Part shown: piece after piece, positions 22,610 through 34,405 of the stretch
How positions within the stretch are numbered: position 1 is the first letter of the stretch
How the letters are laid out: the number at the start of each line of letters is the position of its first letter
Source: Octopus bimaculoides
Taxonomy: Eukaryota
Length of the DNA: 34,405 nucleotides
Direction of reading: 5' to 3'
Assembly (NCBI RefSeq): GCF_001194135.2
Contig: NC_068998.1
Coordinates: 33,720,427-33,754,831 of the forward strand
Notes under the pieces: model-generated
The model's database searches: none
Told to the model about the DNA's origin: nothing
The model's input: the letters and a program-made list of their open reading frames with translations, nothing else
Made by a program: the position numbers and the translations under genes

Positions 22610-23964
22610 TACGTAAAACTCTTATTCAGCCCTTTTAATTTCTGATATCATTTCTATTCTGTGTAAGTTGGACTTTTTTTAGATGTATACATATGTACAT
22701 TTTTGGATTAAATGTATTAAATATTTTTTGTATATCAACTCGCCTAACTTGCTTGTCCTTACATTTACTCCATATATGCATGCATGCACATAACGTATAT
22801 ACCTACATACTCACACAGACACTCACAAGAAAACTATTCAGATATCCTTGTCATTTCAATAGCACAAAACACTTAGTTATTGTTATGAAATCTACTAAAT
22901 TTTTTTTTAAAAACTGTTTAACTGTCACAAAGCATTACCCAGAGAGAGATTTGATATTCCTTGATTGCTTTCATGTACATCTTGGTGGCATCATAAGTAA
23001 ATCATCAAGGAAATCTTTCTCACATATGGTATAAATGGATTAACAATTAACTTAGGCTATAAAATGAGACAGAAGGTGGAGAAGAAGAGGGAGGAGGATT
23101 TGTATTGAAGATTGAATGAGTTAAATGGTATGATAATCATGGAAGTATTGAGAAGGAGAAAGAAGAGTTCATAATTTTTGCTTCTTAATGTTGAGGAGAA
23201 TTCACTTTTTTAGTTATTATGTTTCATAATTTCGTTTGTGCAGCTATAATGAAACAATTGCAGTACTTATGTGGCCTTCATTGCCTGTAACTAATGGCCA
23301 CCAAAAGTTTGAGCAGTAGCTTGTAATCAAACATGACAAACAGAAAAAGCTGACCTTTAGACATGCATTTTAAGAGGAAATATTTGTTTTAGAAACAAAT
23401 GCAACTTTCATTGAAAAACATTGTTGATGTGAAGAATGGAAAGTTTGTCTCTGTGAAACATTTCATAGAAATGAAATGATTTAACAGTGATTGATTTTCT
23501 ATAAAGGAGAAATTCTTCGAGATTCTGGCTTTATTTCATATTTTAAGTATAAAAAAGTCAATAAAAAGTATTTCTCTCACTGTTAGAAAGCATATTCAAT
23601 ATCCATCAGTTAAATATGGCTGAATGAAATTGTTTGCAAAAGAAAAGGAAATTCTTTGACAGTAGATGCTGACTTGTCAGTTTTCCAGAGAAACAGATGG
23701 GATTTCAATTTAACTCTCTTCTTTCAGTAAATAAAAGACATGTAAAAATGCAGTATACATTGCCATATAATCAGAGAGTGTGTTGTTCAGATAATTTTAT
23801 TTTTTATCTCACTATATTATATTTTCTGTACTGTTTATAGATATAGAATATTGTTGTATAACATAGTATTTTATTTTTTAAAAACTGTTCAGATTTACGT
23901 TCATCATCTTCGAATTGTTTTTACATTATATATATATAAAACATCACTATACATGATTTTCTAT

Positions 23965-23967
<3 letters not shown>

Positions 23968-24014
<47 letters not shown>

Positions 24015-24045
24015 ACACACACACACACACAATACACACACACAC
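23968..24045. repeat. (AC)n microsatellite
   Basis: Direct reading. Confidence 0.9.
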
Positions 24046-24580
24046 TATCTGAGATAAGAATTTAAAGTATGCTGCCAAAACTTACTTTCACTAATATTTT
24101 TTTGTTCATATTTTCTATGCTTTCTGTTGATACATTATACTGTCATTCAAAGACATAGGTTTTGCTGTATGAAAGAATGATATTCGTATTTACTATAATA
24201 ATTACAATGGAACATTTCACTATTTGCAATATGCTACCCCGAATGTATTTAAAATGTCAAACGCGCCTAACTTGACCTTTACATCAACTACGGGTGACTG
24301 AGTTCAATTCTTTTTTCAGTTAAAATATCAATAAATGTATTTTATCAATCAAACAATTTATAGATTGTGTATTCCACAAATTGTAAAGAATCATTAATGA
24401 CTTTGTGATTGTTGATCTATGAATAATTACTTCCTAGTGAACAAATGCAAACTGTATATATAAAACAACATATTTTGTTTCAATTTCTTATAAATTTATA
24501 TAAAAATAGAATGAAACAAGCATTTATTTTTTAAGTATTAATCTGCTTAGAAAAAGGAAAGATAATATTTCATTAGATAA

Positions 24581-24782
24581 TGGTTTCAAATTTTCACACA
24601 AGGCCAGTAATTTCAGGGCAGGGGATAAATTGATTACTCTGACAGTAGTGCTGTACTGGACCCTTTTTTATTGGTCCTGAAAGGATGAAAGATAAAGTTA
24701 GCCTCATCAGAATTTGAAGACAGACAAAATGCTGTTAAGTATCTTGCCTTGTGTGTTAATGATTCTGCCAGCTTGCTACCTT
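24581..24782 (-). mobile_element. SINE-B, near full length
   Basis: ggtttcaaatttt..acaaggccag .. gattctgccagcttgctacc is the reverse complement of 2025-2220. Confidence 0.85.
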
Positions 24783-24807
24783 CATATTTTATATAAATAT
24801 TGATAAT

Positions 24808-25070
24808 TTTACATTATTTACATTGTTTACATTTGGCGGATATTTGTCCTTATCTTGTTTGTTGTTAATACAATGTTTCAGCTGATATACCCTCCAGCCT
24901 TCATCAGGTATCTTGGGGAAATTTCGAACCTGGGTTCTCATTCTTAAGGTATTCAATGTTATTATTATTATTATTATTATTATTAATATTATTATTCAGG
25001 TCACTGCCTGGAATCGAATTCAGAATCATCGGGTTAGCAGCCTGCGCTCTTAACCACCATGCCGTATGCC
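24808..25070 (-). mobile_element. SINE family C, full copy: tRNA-like head, (AAT)n, hammerhead-like 3' domain
   Basis: Head GGCATACGGCATGGTGGTTAAG..CTGCTAA..GAATTCGATTCC (A box, Ser-GCT-like loop, B box); hammerhead at 24912-24867. Confidence 0.85.
24867..24912 (-). ncRNA. Minimal hammerhead-like motif in SINE-C, degenerate
   Basis: GATAC-CTGATGA-A-GGCTG(gagggtatat)CAGCT-GAAAC-ATT-GTATT. Confidence 0.65.
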
Positions 25071-25074
25071 TACT

Positions 25075-25116
25075 TTCGATTCCAGGCAGTGACCTGAATA
25101 ATAATAATAATAATAA

Positions 25117-25147
<31 letters not shown>

Positions 25148-25330
25148 AAGATGAAGAAGAAGAGGAACATTGAAAAATACTTTAGGAAGGAGAACCCAGG
25201 TTCAAAATTTCCCCAAGACACCTGATGAAGACTGGAGGGTGTATCAGCCAAAACATTGTGTTAACAACAAACAAGATGAGGACAAATATTTGTCAAATGT
25301 AAATAATGTACATAATTACTCATCTCATAA
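25075..25330 (+). mobile_element. SINE family C, 5'-truncated copy inverted relative to 24808-25070
   Basis: Starts inside the B box (ttcgattccaggcagtgacctgaat); internal (AAT)n(AAG)n; rest matches the reverse complement of 24808-25019. Confidence 0.85.
25217..25262 (+). ncRNA. Minimal hammerhead-like motif in SINE-C, degenerate
   Basis: GACAC-CTGATGA-A-GACTG(gagggtgtat)CAGCC-AAAAC-ATT-GTGTT; G12 mutated to A. Confidence 0.55.
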
Positions 25331-26225
25331 TTATAGAACTCTATTGATAGTTTTCATTGTACAAGGACATAATATTAGTTAATTGCAAGAAACTTTTCTC
25401 AGATGTTCTGAGATATATCATCAGTAATGTTATTAAGTTTACAATAGTATTGGTGAGGAGGCTTAAGATATATGGTTTTTGGCAATTCAATATTTTCCCA
25501 AAATGCCACCTAGGGAGATCGAGCCTGCAGCTGCACATACTTGTCTGGCATTTCATTTTTATCAAATCTGAATGTATGAAAGGTAAAGTTAGGTTGCTGG
25601 ACTTTGAACACAAAATATAAAGCAGTATATTATTAGGTACTCCACCAATTCTGCAGTCCACTGTATATGATAAAATGTTAAACACAATTGAATTATTTTT
25701 ATTTAAATCATATCATTTATGAAACCAAAATCAACAATTTAAATTTTTTAAAAGCAAAATTCTAATTTTAATACTGTTTTTAATATGAAAAAACATTTAT
25801 GTAAATGAAGGTTTAAGTTTTTGTGATTTAGCTTTTCTTTTTTTTTTTCTGCATCCCAAATCAATACACATAGTCTGTCTACTATTCATTACCAAATTTG
25901 GTCTTGTATTATTTCCTTATTAAAATAAGTTTGGGGAATATACATACTGGGCATTTGCCAATTCAAGAATTTCTGATGTGAATATATCTCTTACTTTGAA
26001 GTACCACAGTTCTACATTCTAAATTCTCTTAGACAGTAAATGTCAGAATTATGTGACTAAAGAGAAGCATAACATTTGGTTTGTTCTTAAATGAGTAACG
26101 TTTATAGCAGCACACTGTCACTGTTCTCAGTATAATGATAGCCTAGAACTTGACCACATTGCTCTCTGATTATTATGATATATCATTAGTATATGACGAT
26201 AGCCTAAAAGGACATTGATTATATA

Positions 26226-26235
26226 NNNNNNNNNN
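26226..26235. other. Assembly gap
   Basis: Ten N. Confidence 1.
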
Positions 26236-28442
26236 ATTACCTTCTGTTAAAAATCAACTCTAATGTTAATGTTGTCGGTTAGTCTGAACTAAGGGAACAC
26301 AAAGCCCTCTTGATGAACTGAAGTGTGTTTTTGTGGGGTAACTAACAGTGAAGCAAAAAAATGATAAAGAAAGAGAAGGAAGTAACAAGAAGGACAGAAG
26401 AATAAAGGAAACAGAAGGAAAGTTGTTGATCAGTTATTTCCCTGACAGCTATTGAGAATATAAATATTCCTCTTAATGTTCAAAAGCAAATTCACTTCTA
26501 TGACTTGGGTTGGCCTGAAGTAATGACAAAAGCCTCTTACCCAAAATGCTACCCAAAGTTGTGTAATTGCAAAGTGAACTTCTTAACTATTTGGTTAAGC
26601 TGCATCCATATAAACTGATAACCATAACCTAAATGTGTTATCTGAAATAATAATATAACTGTCTCAGTAGCCATCAACCACAATAAATAATTTAAATCTA
26701 TAACTAACTTTAGTGTTGTTGTTCTTGTTTAGCTTCAGGTTAAGATTGCAGAGTGAAACTTGGAGCAGATTTGGCTGCATTGTTTAGCAGGTTCAATGAC
26801 CATGCAAAGCACCCTTGTTGGCTTGTTTAGCATTAATATTGTTTTCACGAGTAAGGAACTTTTCTGTACTTATGATGTGCATCCTCTCAAACTGATGACT
26901 AACACTTTAAGTTAATGAAATTAGATCCTAGTGTAGTACACAACCATTATTCATAAACAAAGTAGTCCTCAAATATTTGATTAATCTCCATCAGTCAATA
27001 ATAAGATACTATATCCAGAAATTGAAAAGCAAAGTAAAGAGGGCTGACTATGCCTGATGATAATGGTGTATAATCAGAAAGATAATTCCTTTATTTCTAT
27101 TATTATCACAAGTTCATGAAGAGTGAAGATGACTAAAATTAATGCATTACAGTATTTAGCTTTGTCTTGCTTGATTTCTACATTCAAATCCTGTTGAGAC
27201 CAAGTTTTCCTTTTGTCATACTAGAATCAATGAAATAAGAATTAGCATTTATGTTATTGTTGGTGCAAAAATATATACCTGTCCTGCTCAAGAAGAGAGC
27301 TTCCCTGTTGTAATTAAACATCATAAATCATTCTTTCCATGGTTCTTCAACATTTAGCATGTATGGATGGTTTTGCCTTCCAATTCTAAATTAAGGAAAA
27401 TTTTTATTGAGTTAAAATCATTATAATATTTAGAAATATTATAAGCAAATTAATAAGCAGAAAATTGATTTGATTACGTTTCTTTGATTATAAGCCTTAT
27501 AAATAACACATCAATGTTGCATTGGGTAATTTTTATAAAGCAAATTGCTCAACACACAATACTGAACCAACAATAAAGGTAGAAGACTGAGAACATGATA
27601 ATTTTCTGCCCTCAGTTCTGTTGAAACCAAACTAATATTTCCTTTTATGAAGACCCCTGAAGATGTTAGATAATCAAAAGGATGGATTAGTCAACACCCA
27701 ACCAAGAGATCAACAATTCACATTTTAGGACTGACTGTGACCTGTATCCTTAAGCAAGTTACCAAACAATCAAAAGATCAATGAAATTGCCTGAAAGTGA
27801 GTATGAAGGCATAGAACTACTTGCTGCTGCAAACATGTTTTGTTAGTTTCAACTTCTGTGGATGTAGCCAGAAATCAAGTTGAATCTCATTGGTCTAAGC
27901 AACCACAGCTGTTCCTCCATTTATAAATATTTCTGTTGATGAAAACTCAAATAATTGATTCAGTTGAGTTAGTTGACTCAAAAAGAAAATAGATTAAAGA
28001 AAGAAAGAAAGCAAATGAATAACTGCATTGTCCATGGTATAATGAACAAATGATATGAAAAATTGCACCTGACCTAATGATCAAGTGGTCCTGTGAATAG
28101 AATGGCATCAAATGCATTGGATTTTAAAAAGGAAGATATCTCAAGATTTAATTTTTCCATTTCTTTTACCTTGAAATTGAATTATGATAATGATTCTTGA
28201 TACTTTGCTGTTGGAACATTCTAGTATTTGACTAGTGTTCTAGAATTTGACTAACTACTTCAGCAGAATTATTAGTGAATTAGACACAATGTAATATTTA
28301 GTTATTGCCCTTTATCTCACAAGGTTAATTTAGATTGTCATCTTTCCAGGGTCCAGGGTTGATAAAGTACCTGTCTGGGACTTGCTTACTTACAATACAT
28401 CCTAGATGTAAATGAAATTACATTAAAAGCATTACCTTTATA

Positions 28443-29685
28443 TCAGGCTGTGTAAAAAGTAAGCAATATATTTCAACAATGCAGAAATTTTATTCATCAA
28501 AGTACCATTACAATTAACTCATTTTTGCCAATGAGTTACAAGTTTGTTTATTCTGGTAACATAAAAATCTGGAATTCTGGAGCTGATGAACTCTTTGAAC
28601 GCACTTTCAATATCAGTTTGATTTTTGAACTCCTTCTCTTGCAGGAAACCATCAAGGTGCTTGAAAAAGTGGTAATCGGTAGGAGAAAGGTCTAGGAAAT
28701 AAGCTGGGTGGGGAAGAATTTCATAGCCAAATTCTCTCAAATTCTGGAGCGTCATTTGTGGTCAAGCATTGTCATCAAGAATGTTGTCCCTCTTCTGTTG
28801 ACCAGTCTGGGATGGAAGAGTAGCAGATTTTCTTTCAATTTTGGCAATTTCATGGTAATATGTTTCTGCAGTAATGGTTTTTCTGGGTTTTAAGAAGTTA
28901 TAATGGATGAGTCCAGCAAGTCACCACCAAACAGCCACCATAACCTCCTTTTTGAAGAGCATGGGTTTAAGGGAGGTTTTTGGTGCTTCATTTTGATCCA
29001 ACCACTGTGAAGAACATTTTTTATTATTGTACAGAATCCACTTTTCATTGCAAGTTACAATACAGGTGAGAAATGGATTGTTCTGGTTACAGAGAAGAAA
29101 TGACGAGCAAATTTCATATCTGCACATTTTCTGCTTTTCATTTAAATCTTGTGGTACCCATTTGTCAAGCTTTTTTGATTTTCCAATCACATACAAATGG
29201 TTGCAGGCAGTTTTCTGGCTAACTTGAAGTTCTTCTGCCAGTTCTCAAGTGGTTTTACATGGATCTTTCTCAATGACGGTCTTTAATTGACCATCATTGA
29301 TGACAGATGGGCGTCCACTATGCTCATGATCTCCAAAGCCCAGATCTCCACTGCAAAATCATTTAAACCATTTTCAAGCTGACTACTCACTGGTCATTTT
29401 CTCACCTAACATTTTCTTGATATCGCAAGTAGTTTCAGCTGCTTTACATCCCTTTTTGAAGTTCAAAAGCAAAATTGCTCGAATATCGACTTTGACAGTT
29501 CTATTTCAGATGACTGTAACAACGGTGAAAAAAAATCAATGTTAATTTATTGATGCATTTGGGTAGGTCTATGTCTGTATTATCAGACAATTTCAAAAAA
29601 TGTTTTAAAAAAATTCAAAACTCTGCAAAAATCTGGTACAAATTCTTTATGGTTCAAAACGTTGCTTACTTTTTACTCAACCTGA
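28443..29685 (-). mobile_element. Full-length cecropia-like (Hsmar1-type) mariner, pseudogenised
   Basis: TIRs TCAGG(C/T)TG(T/A)GTAAAAAGTAAGCAA with TA at 28441-42 and 29686-87; IGKSKKLDKWVPQDL, IVTCNEKWILY (first D to N), DDNA*P, HPAYFLDLSPTDYHFF. Confidence 0.92.
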
Positions 29686-29979
29686 TATTATATTTCACTT
29701 GCAACTTCTGGAAAAATAAAAGACAAAGCAGTCTCTGATTTTGATTTTAAGCACAAAAGGTGTAATTAGATACTGCAGAATTTGTGTGGTGCTCAAGTGA
29801 TTCAACTGTCTGATAATAACTGATATGTAAATTGTTCTTTGCATGTTAGCAATAATGATTTCTCATAATGGTGTGAATGAATGCACACCAACTACAGAAC
29901 TCAATGGTAATGGTTCTATTTTTTATTTATTACATATTCTGAATTCAACTCCTCATATTTACTTTGTTTCTTCAGAGTG

Positions 29980-30090
<111 letters not shown>

Positions 30091-30180
30091 CGCACACACA
30101 CAGACACATACATGCATGCACACACACACACATGTGCGTGTATGTATATTGAATGTTGCTAAACACAATACACTTCCTCA

Positions 30181-30425
30181 CATTGTTGTTGTTTACAGAT
30201 GATGCCAGCCTGCTGGCTAGGCAGCCAGGTCAACATTTTCCCTGAACAGAATGCCAGTCCATTCCAGTATTGCCCATTTACTGCTTAGTGGACTGAAACA
30301 AAGTGACATGAAGTGTTTTTCTCAAGAACACAATGCACCACCAGTCTGTGGTTTTGATTGTGGAATTAAACCCACAATCTTGTGATTGTAAGCATAGCAC
30401 ACTGACCACTAAACCATACACCCTC
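30181..30425 (-). mobile_element. SINE family D, tRNA-headed with CORE-like block
   Basis: cccatttactgcttagtggactgaaac..gaagtgtttttctcaagaacacaa resembles the reverse complement of the CORE domain; ggaattaaaccc..accactaaacc resembles reversed B and A boxes. Confidence 0.65.
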
Positions 30426-32639
30426 GCACACTCACACCTGTTTATAAATGTAATATATTTATATCAGTTTAATCTACTCTAATTTCGAGTGGTGTCTGCA
30501 GCATTATCTTGATTGTCATTTGAAGCAATTTCCTTTTTTATATTAATGTACTTGGGAACGATATGAACATTACAACTTCCATTTTCCCATTCTCTTAAAA
30601 TGTGGTACAAAATTGTGATTAACAATGAAATAAATAAATTTTCTGTGAATAAAATAAGCATTGACATAAATTTGACATAACAATTGTATTTGGATTAAAT
30701 TGAAATATAAAATTACTGAAAATAATAATTGCTGCAAAATAACATATGAATAACATTTGTTTTAATTCATTATTGAATTTTAATAATATGGTTGTTTTAT
30801 CACAATAATTTAAAAATTTTATCATATTTTTGTTTTTTGTGTTTAATTATTTACTTCCGAGAGTATTAGAAAAAATTTTTTTCTTTCTTTTGTGTTATTT
30901 CAACATTTGACAAATGTTGTTATCAATAGACACCGGAATGTGTAAAAAATAGTTTTCACCACAATTTAGAAATAATTGATGGAAATCAAGCGATTATATC
31001 TCTAATGATATTTTATTCTATTTTATTATTTTCTTTTTAATATTATAAACACTGTATAACTCTTTTCTAGATAGATTTTCATTAATATCTTTGGACTTGA
31101 CTCAATGATTATATAGTGGTATCTTTTGATGCATATGAATTGCATTAAAATTAATGTTTGCACTAATGTATGATAATGGCTATGATTGAGACAATTGACC
31201 TAACCATTGATTTGCTGATGCTTTTAGATCATCGATACTCTGTGCCTTCTTTTGGTTTGGTGATCTAAAAAATCTGGAAGATCAAGTATATATATGAAAA
31301 TGTAGCTGTGATTAAAGATTACTTAGCATACCATTACTTTATTATATCTAAAAGATAATTAATTTTAATGAAATAGAGGCCATAAACTTACTTTTTCCTG
31401 AATGTTCTTTGGTTTTTTTTATTATATGAAGTACATTTGAATTTTTTCCTGGTTCTATGAAACTAATAATAAAAAGTCTATGCTTCTAATGTGGATTAAA
31501 TTCTTAAGATATGTTTGATGATATTTCTTTGAGTAAGTTTAATCAATTGCACATACTATGGTTCACAATAGCACCAATACAATCTATTGTACATTTTTTC
31601 TTTTATTTCTTTTTATTTATATACCAATCATACTATATGACAAGGATAGAAATCTATACTTTTCTTTGGTGTTCACAGAGAAGGATCAATTTATTAAAAT
31701 AGTTGCCTGTTGTAGGCAAGCAGTAAAGACCTAGAAGAATATTAAGATATTTTCAAACAGTATTTCATTCTTTGGCTTTATGTTGTTTTTATTACATTAC
31801 AGCTTAGAAATATCTTTGCTGTCTGGTGTTCATAGGTGATGGGGTTGTTTGGTTAGGTTATTGGAGTTACTTGATGAAAAATTCACTTCTATGAAACTTA
31901 AACTGATTCAATTATTGCAGGCCATTTATTGCATTTTACTTTTCTGAATATAGGCGCCAAAACACTTGGAGACTTATTCGTAAATTGAAGCATGTATTGA
32001 AGCAATATATTCTTTAAATAATAGAGGTGAACTTCTGCAATCAAAATGACAGGAAAAAAATCTAGAATCTTCTGGTAAAATTATTTTGTATTTTAAAATG
32101 GTGCAGAAATAAAATATTTTGGTTTGCAGGGAAAATTGTTTTCTAATTTCTAAAATGTTGCCATCATTGATTAAAATCACTTCATAATAATGTTTTGGGG
32201 AAAAAACCAGAACGTCTTTGAATTAAAAGCTGGATAATAGAGAAATTATATCATTCATGCAGTTTCTTAGATTATTAGCAGACTCATTATTAGAGCAGAT
32301 CCTGTTATGAAGCACAGCTGTTTGATTATTGGAGTCACTTGATGAAAAAGCAGATACCATAGTAATATAATTGTAACCATTCTTAGATTGGCCATATTCT
32401 TATGACCATCTTCTCATTTTTTTCTAGTATAGAGCAAACACATAACAGTTTCCTTCTTCCTAGCAACAACAAAGAAAATCAGCTTTAGCAATTTATCACT
32501 CTTAACAACAAAATAACACATTGAGGGCACAAAGATATTAGGAAGTACATAAACACCTCTGCAAACTTCTCAGCAGATATAGATGATGTAATCAAAGAAA
32601 AGCAACATGTAACACCAACACAAATTCCCTTGATTCTTC

Positions 32640-32734
32640 CTCTCTGAAGATGGAATAGTTGGCTTTTACATGGAAATCTTTGCGCATTCAGATATGCAGC
32701 ATATGCACAGCTACCCTAGAAACAGCTGTAGGAG
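32640..32734 (+). ncRNA. Hammerhead-like motif with long stem II and palindromic stem III, copy 2
   Basis: CTCT / CTGAAGA (32644-50) / TGG..CTA with inner TAGTTG:CAGCTA helix / GAAA (32719-22) / ACAGCTGT / H=A / GGAG. Confidence 0.6.
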
Positions 32735-32897
32735 ACTTTGTACATTACTTCTTAATCACTTATTTTCTCTAACAATTTTGTCTGAATTCTAAATTACATG
32801 CTCTCAAATAATACCACATATTTTGTATTTTCATTCTTCCTTTCTAATATATCTATGTATTTATACATATGCACACACTCACACACACTATACATGA

Positions 32898-32988
<91 letters not shown>

Positions 32989-32990
32989 CA
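32898..32990. repeat. (CA)n(TA)n microsatellite
   Basis: Direct reading. Confidence 0.9.
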
Positions 32991-32992
32991 TA

Positions 32993-33225
32993 CAAGGTGC
33001 ATCCAAAGAGTATCTAACTTCATTTTCTCCTGTCAAAACTAATGTTGCAGAGACAAAATCTTTAGGCTGGGAGGTGAAGCCATCCTCCCTGTGCATGCAT
33101 GAACATTTTCATGCTGGTAGGTTGCATCAGTCCTTGGCTGTTACGCCTAGTGTACAGATGTGTACTGCATGCTTGTCAGATTTTCATTTTCAGGCAAGGT
33201 GATCCTATACATCGAGCAGAGAGCA
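32993..33225 (+). mobile_element. Mariner 5' end (TIR-like sequence, UTR, first codons to IEQR)
   Basis: TA|CAAGGTGCATCCAAAGAGTATC resembles CGAGG-type mariner TIRs; ends atcgagcagaga; 33125-33225 homologous to the reverse complement of 33650-33750. Confidence 0.6.
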
Positions 33226-33750
33226 AAAACCCATGTTTCATCACCAGTGATGATGATCATGAAGTCTGGGTCATCGTTTACACAGTTCTGAGTGATTTCC
33301 ATGCAGAGTTGCTCCTGCTGCTCTACCAGGACTTTGGGACCGAATTTTGCTGACACTCTCCTCATGCACAAACCTTCCATTAAAATAGAATGCATTGACT
33401 CTGTGCGTATTCCCACTTCGTTAGCAATTTCTTGGGTTGTTACATGATAGTCTTCATGACCATTTGTCAAACCTTTTGAATTGGCTCCCCGTTTTGGCTT
33501 GTGGAATGCCTGTCTGAGCATGCCTTATTCTCTATTGTGGTTCAGCTATGTTTGAAGGGGTTGTACCACTCCTCGATCTGAGTTTTGTTCCTGACACCAT
33601 CACTGAAAGCTTGAATCTTTTGGATGATTTACGCTTTTGGTAAAAACTAGATGCAATATCTCTGCTTGATGCATTCTGTGAAAACGAATATCCAATGAGC
33701 ATGCACTACATGTCTGTATGTTAGGCATAACAGCCAGAGACTCACAATAA
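33226..33750 (-). mobile_element. Mariner transposase N-terminal half, decayed
   Basis: IKQRYCI*F..TTQEIANEVGI..ILMEGLCMRRVSAKFGPK..DDPDFMIIITGDETWV. Confidence 0.85.
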
Positions 33751-34373
33751 GCAACTCCTTAATAGATAAACCCAAGACTAAAGGAGTGACATCCTTCTCT
33801 TTTGTTAGAAGTAGAGATAATTGGGTCCCTGGAGTCAATTATTCCTTCCCCCTTTACTAACCTTTAATTTTTCTGTTCTGATTAAATATACACTATTCTG
33901 GTAAATCCATTCTGTCAACTGAAATAGTAGCAAAATCATTGAAAGTGTTTTGCTCCATGGATTTTAAACTATGTTTAATCATTTTGAATGTCCTTAATTT
34001 TAATGTTCATGAATTCATCTGACAAAAACGGTTTCTTTATAATTATGTAATGTTTTCATTAATTAATTAAAGGAGTCGTTTGAAATGGCAGTAACAGATT
34101 GACATCTGTACCTCTGCTGTTACCCATTTATATTTCATTCACCTGTCTCGGAATCTGCCCTTTATAAATATAATGTACATGTTTGAATAGAGTGGATTTC
34201 TTTACTCAACTGAGTCTAATTGTCTACATACACTGCAGGAATATTGTTCAGCTGGTACTTATGTAACAGGTTTGATATTTGCATGATATTGCTCTGTGTG
34301 TGTATTACTCCAACCTAACGAGGTGCTTCAAATTAAGTTCCTAAATCAACTGAATCTTTCTTATATATATGTA

Positions 34374-34377
<4 letters not shown>

Positions 34378-34405
<28 letters not shown>
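34378..34405. repeat. (AT)n microsatellite at the window end
   Basis: Direct reading. Confidence 0.9.

Noticed and set aside
22500-22613. 114-nt symmetric exon candidate TSNVKFFPEDGSWCYLMMESSYRHYFIPPSPQKQLLDT
   Set aside because: Shares its hammerhead core with 32640-32734, where no exon exists; better explained as a repeat.
25000-25070. tRNA-Ser-like sequence as a tRNA gene
   Set aside because: No complete acceptor stem; it is the SINE-C head.
24904-25251. 115-aa and 89-aa mirror-image ORFs
   Set aside because: Both are readings of the inverted SINE-C pair and its triplet repeats.
27730-27801. Strong donor AAA|gtgagt with upstream acceptor
   Set aside because: Stops in all three frames.
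31951-32014. Acceptor plus RQNTWRLIRKLKHVLKQYIL* (also candidates near 25401-25450 and 31680-31723)
   Set aside because: Short, not chainable into a consistent phase series, no homology recognised.
34318-34341. Mariner TIR-like ACGAGGTGCTTCAAATTAAGTTCC as the partner of 32993
   Set aside because: Same orientation as the left TIR and no TA flank; an isolated remnant at best.

Overview
AT-rich, CpG-depleted, microsatellite-dense animal DNA with one 10-N gap. The repeat families look like Octopus (inference from recognising them, not from a database search). The window is intronic or intergenic and no host protein-coding gene could be established; only low-confidence spliced-exon candidates were found, on conflicting strands. 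Most track ORFs are microsatellite or antisense-TE artefacts. Content: at least five SINE-like families (my labels A-E), decayed LINEs (two RTE-type lineages, Ingi/Vingi-like, CR1/L2-like) and four Tc1/mariner remnants, two of them full-length with TIRs and TA TSDs (a DD37D maT and a cecropia-like mariner). Most notable: (1) five Penelope-type minimal hammerhead-ribozyme motifs from three families, one of them the 3' end of a tRNA-headed SINE present as an inverted pair; (2) an RTE-type LINE with a complete twin-priming 5'-inversion signature and a 12-bp TSD; (3) a 279-bp near-perfect hairpin whose left arm is a splice-site-bounded open exon candidate. All alignments and folds were done by eye; boundaries of decayed elements are approximate.
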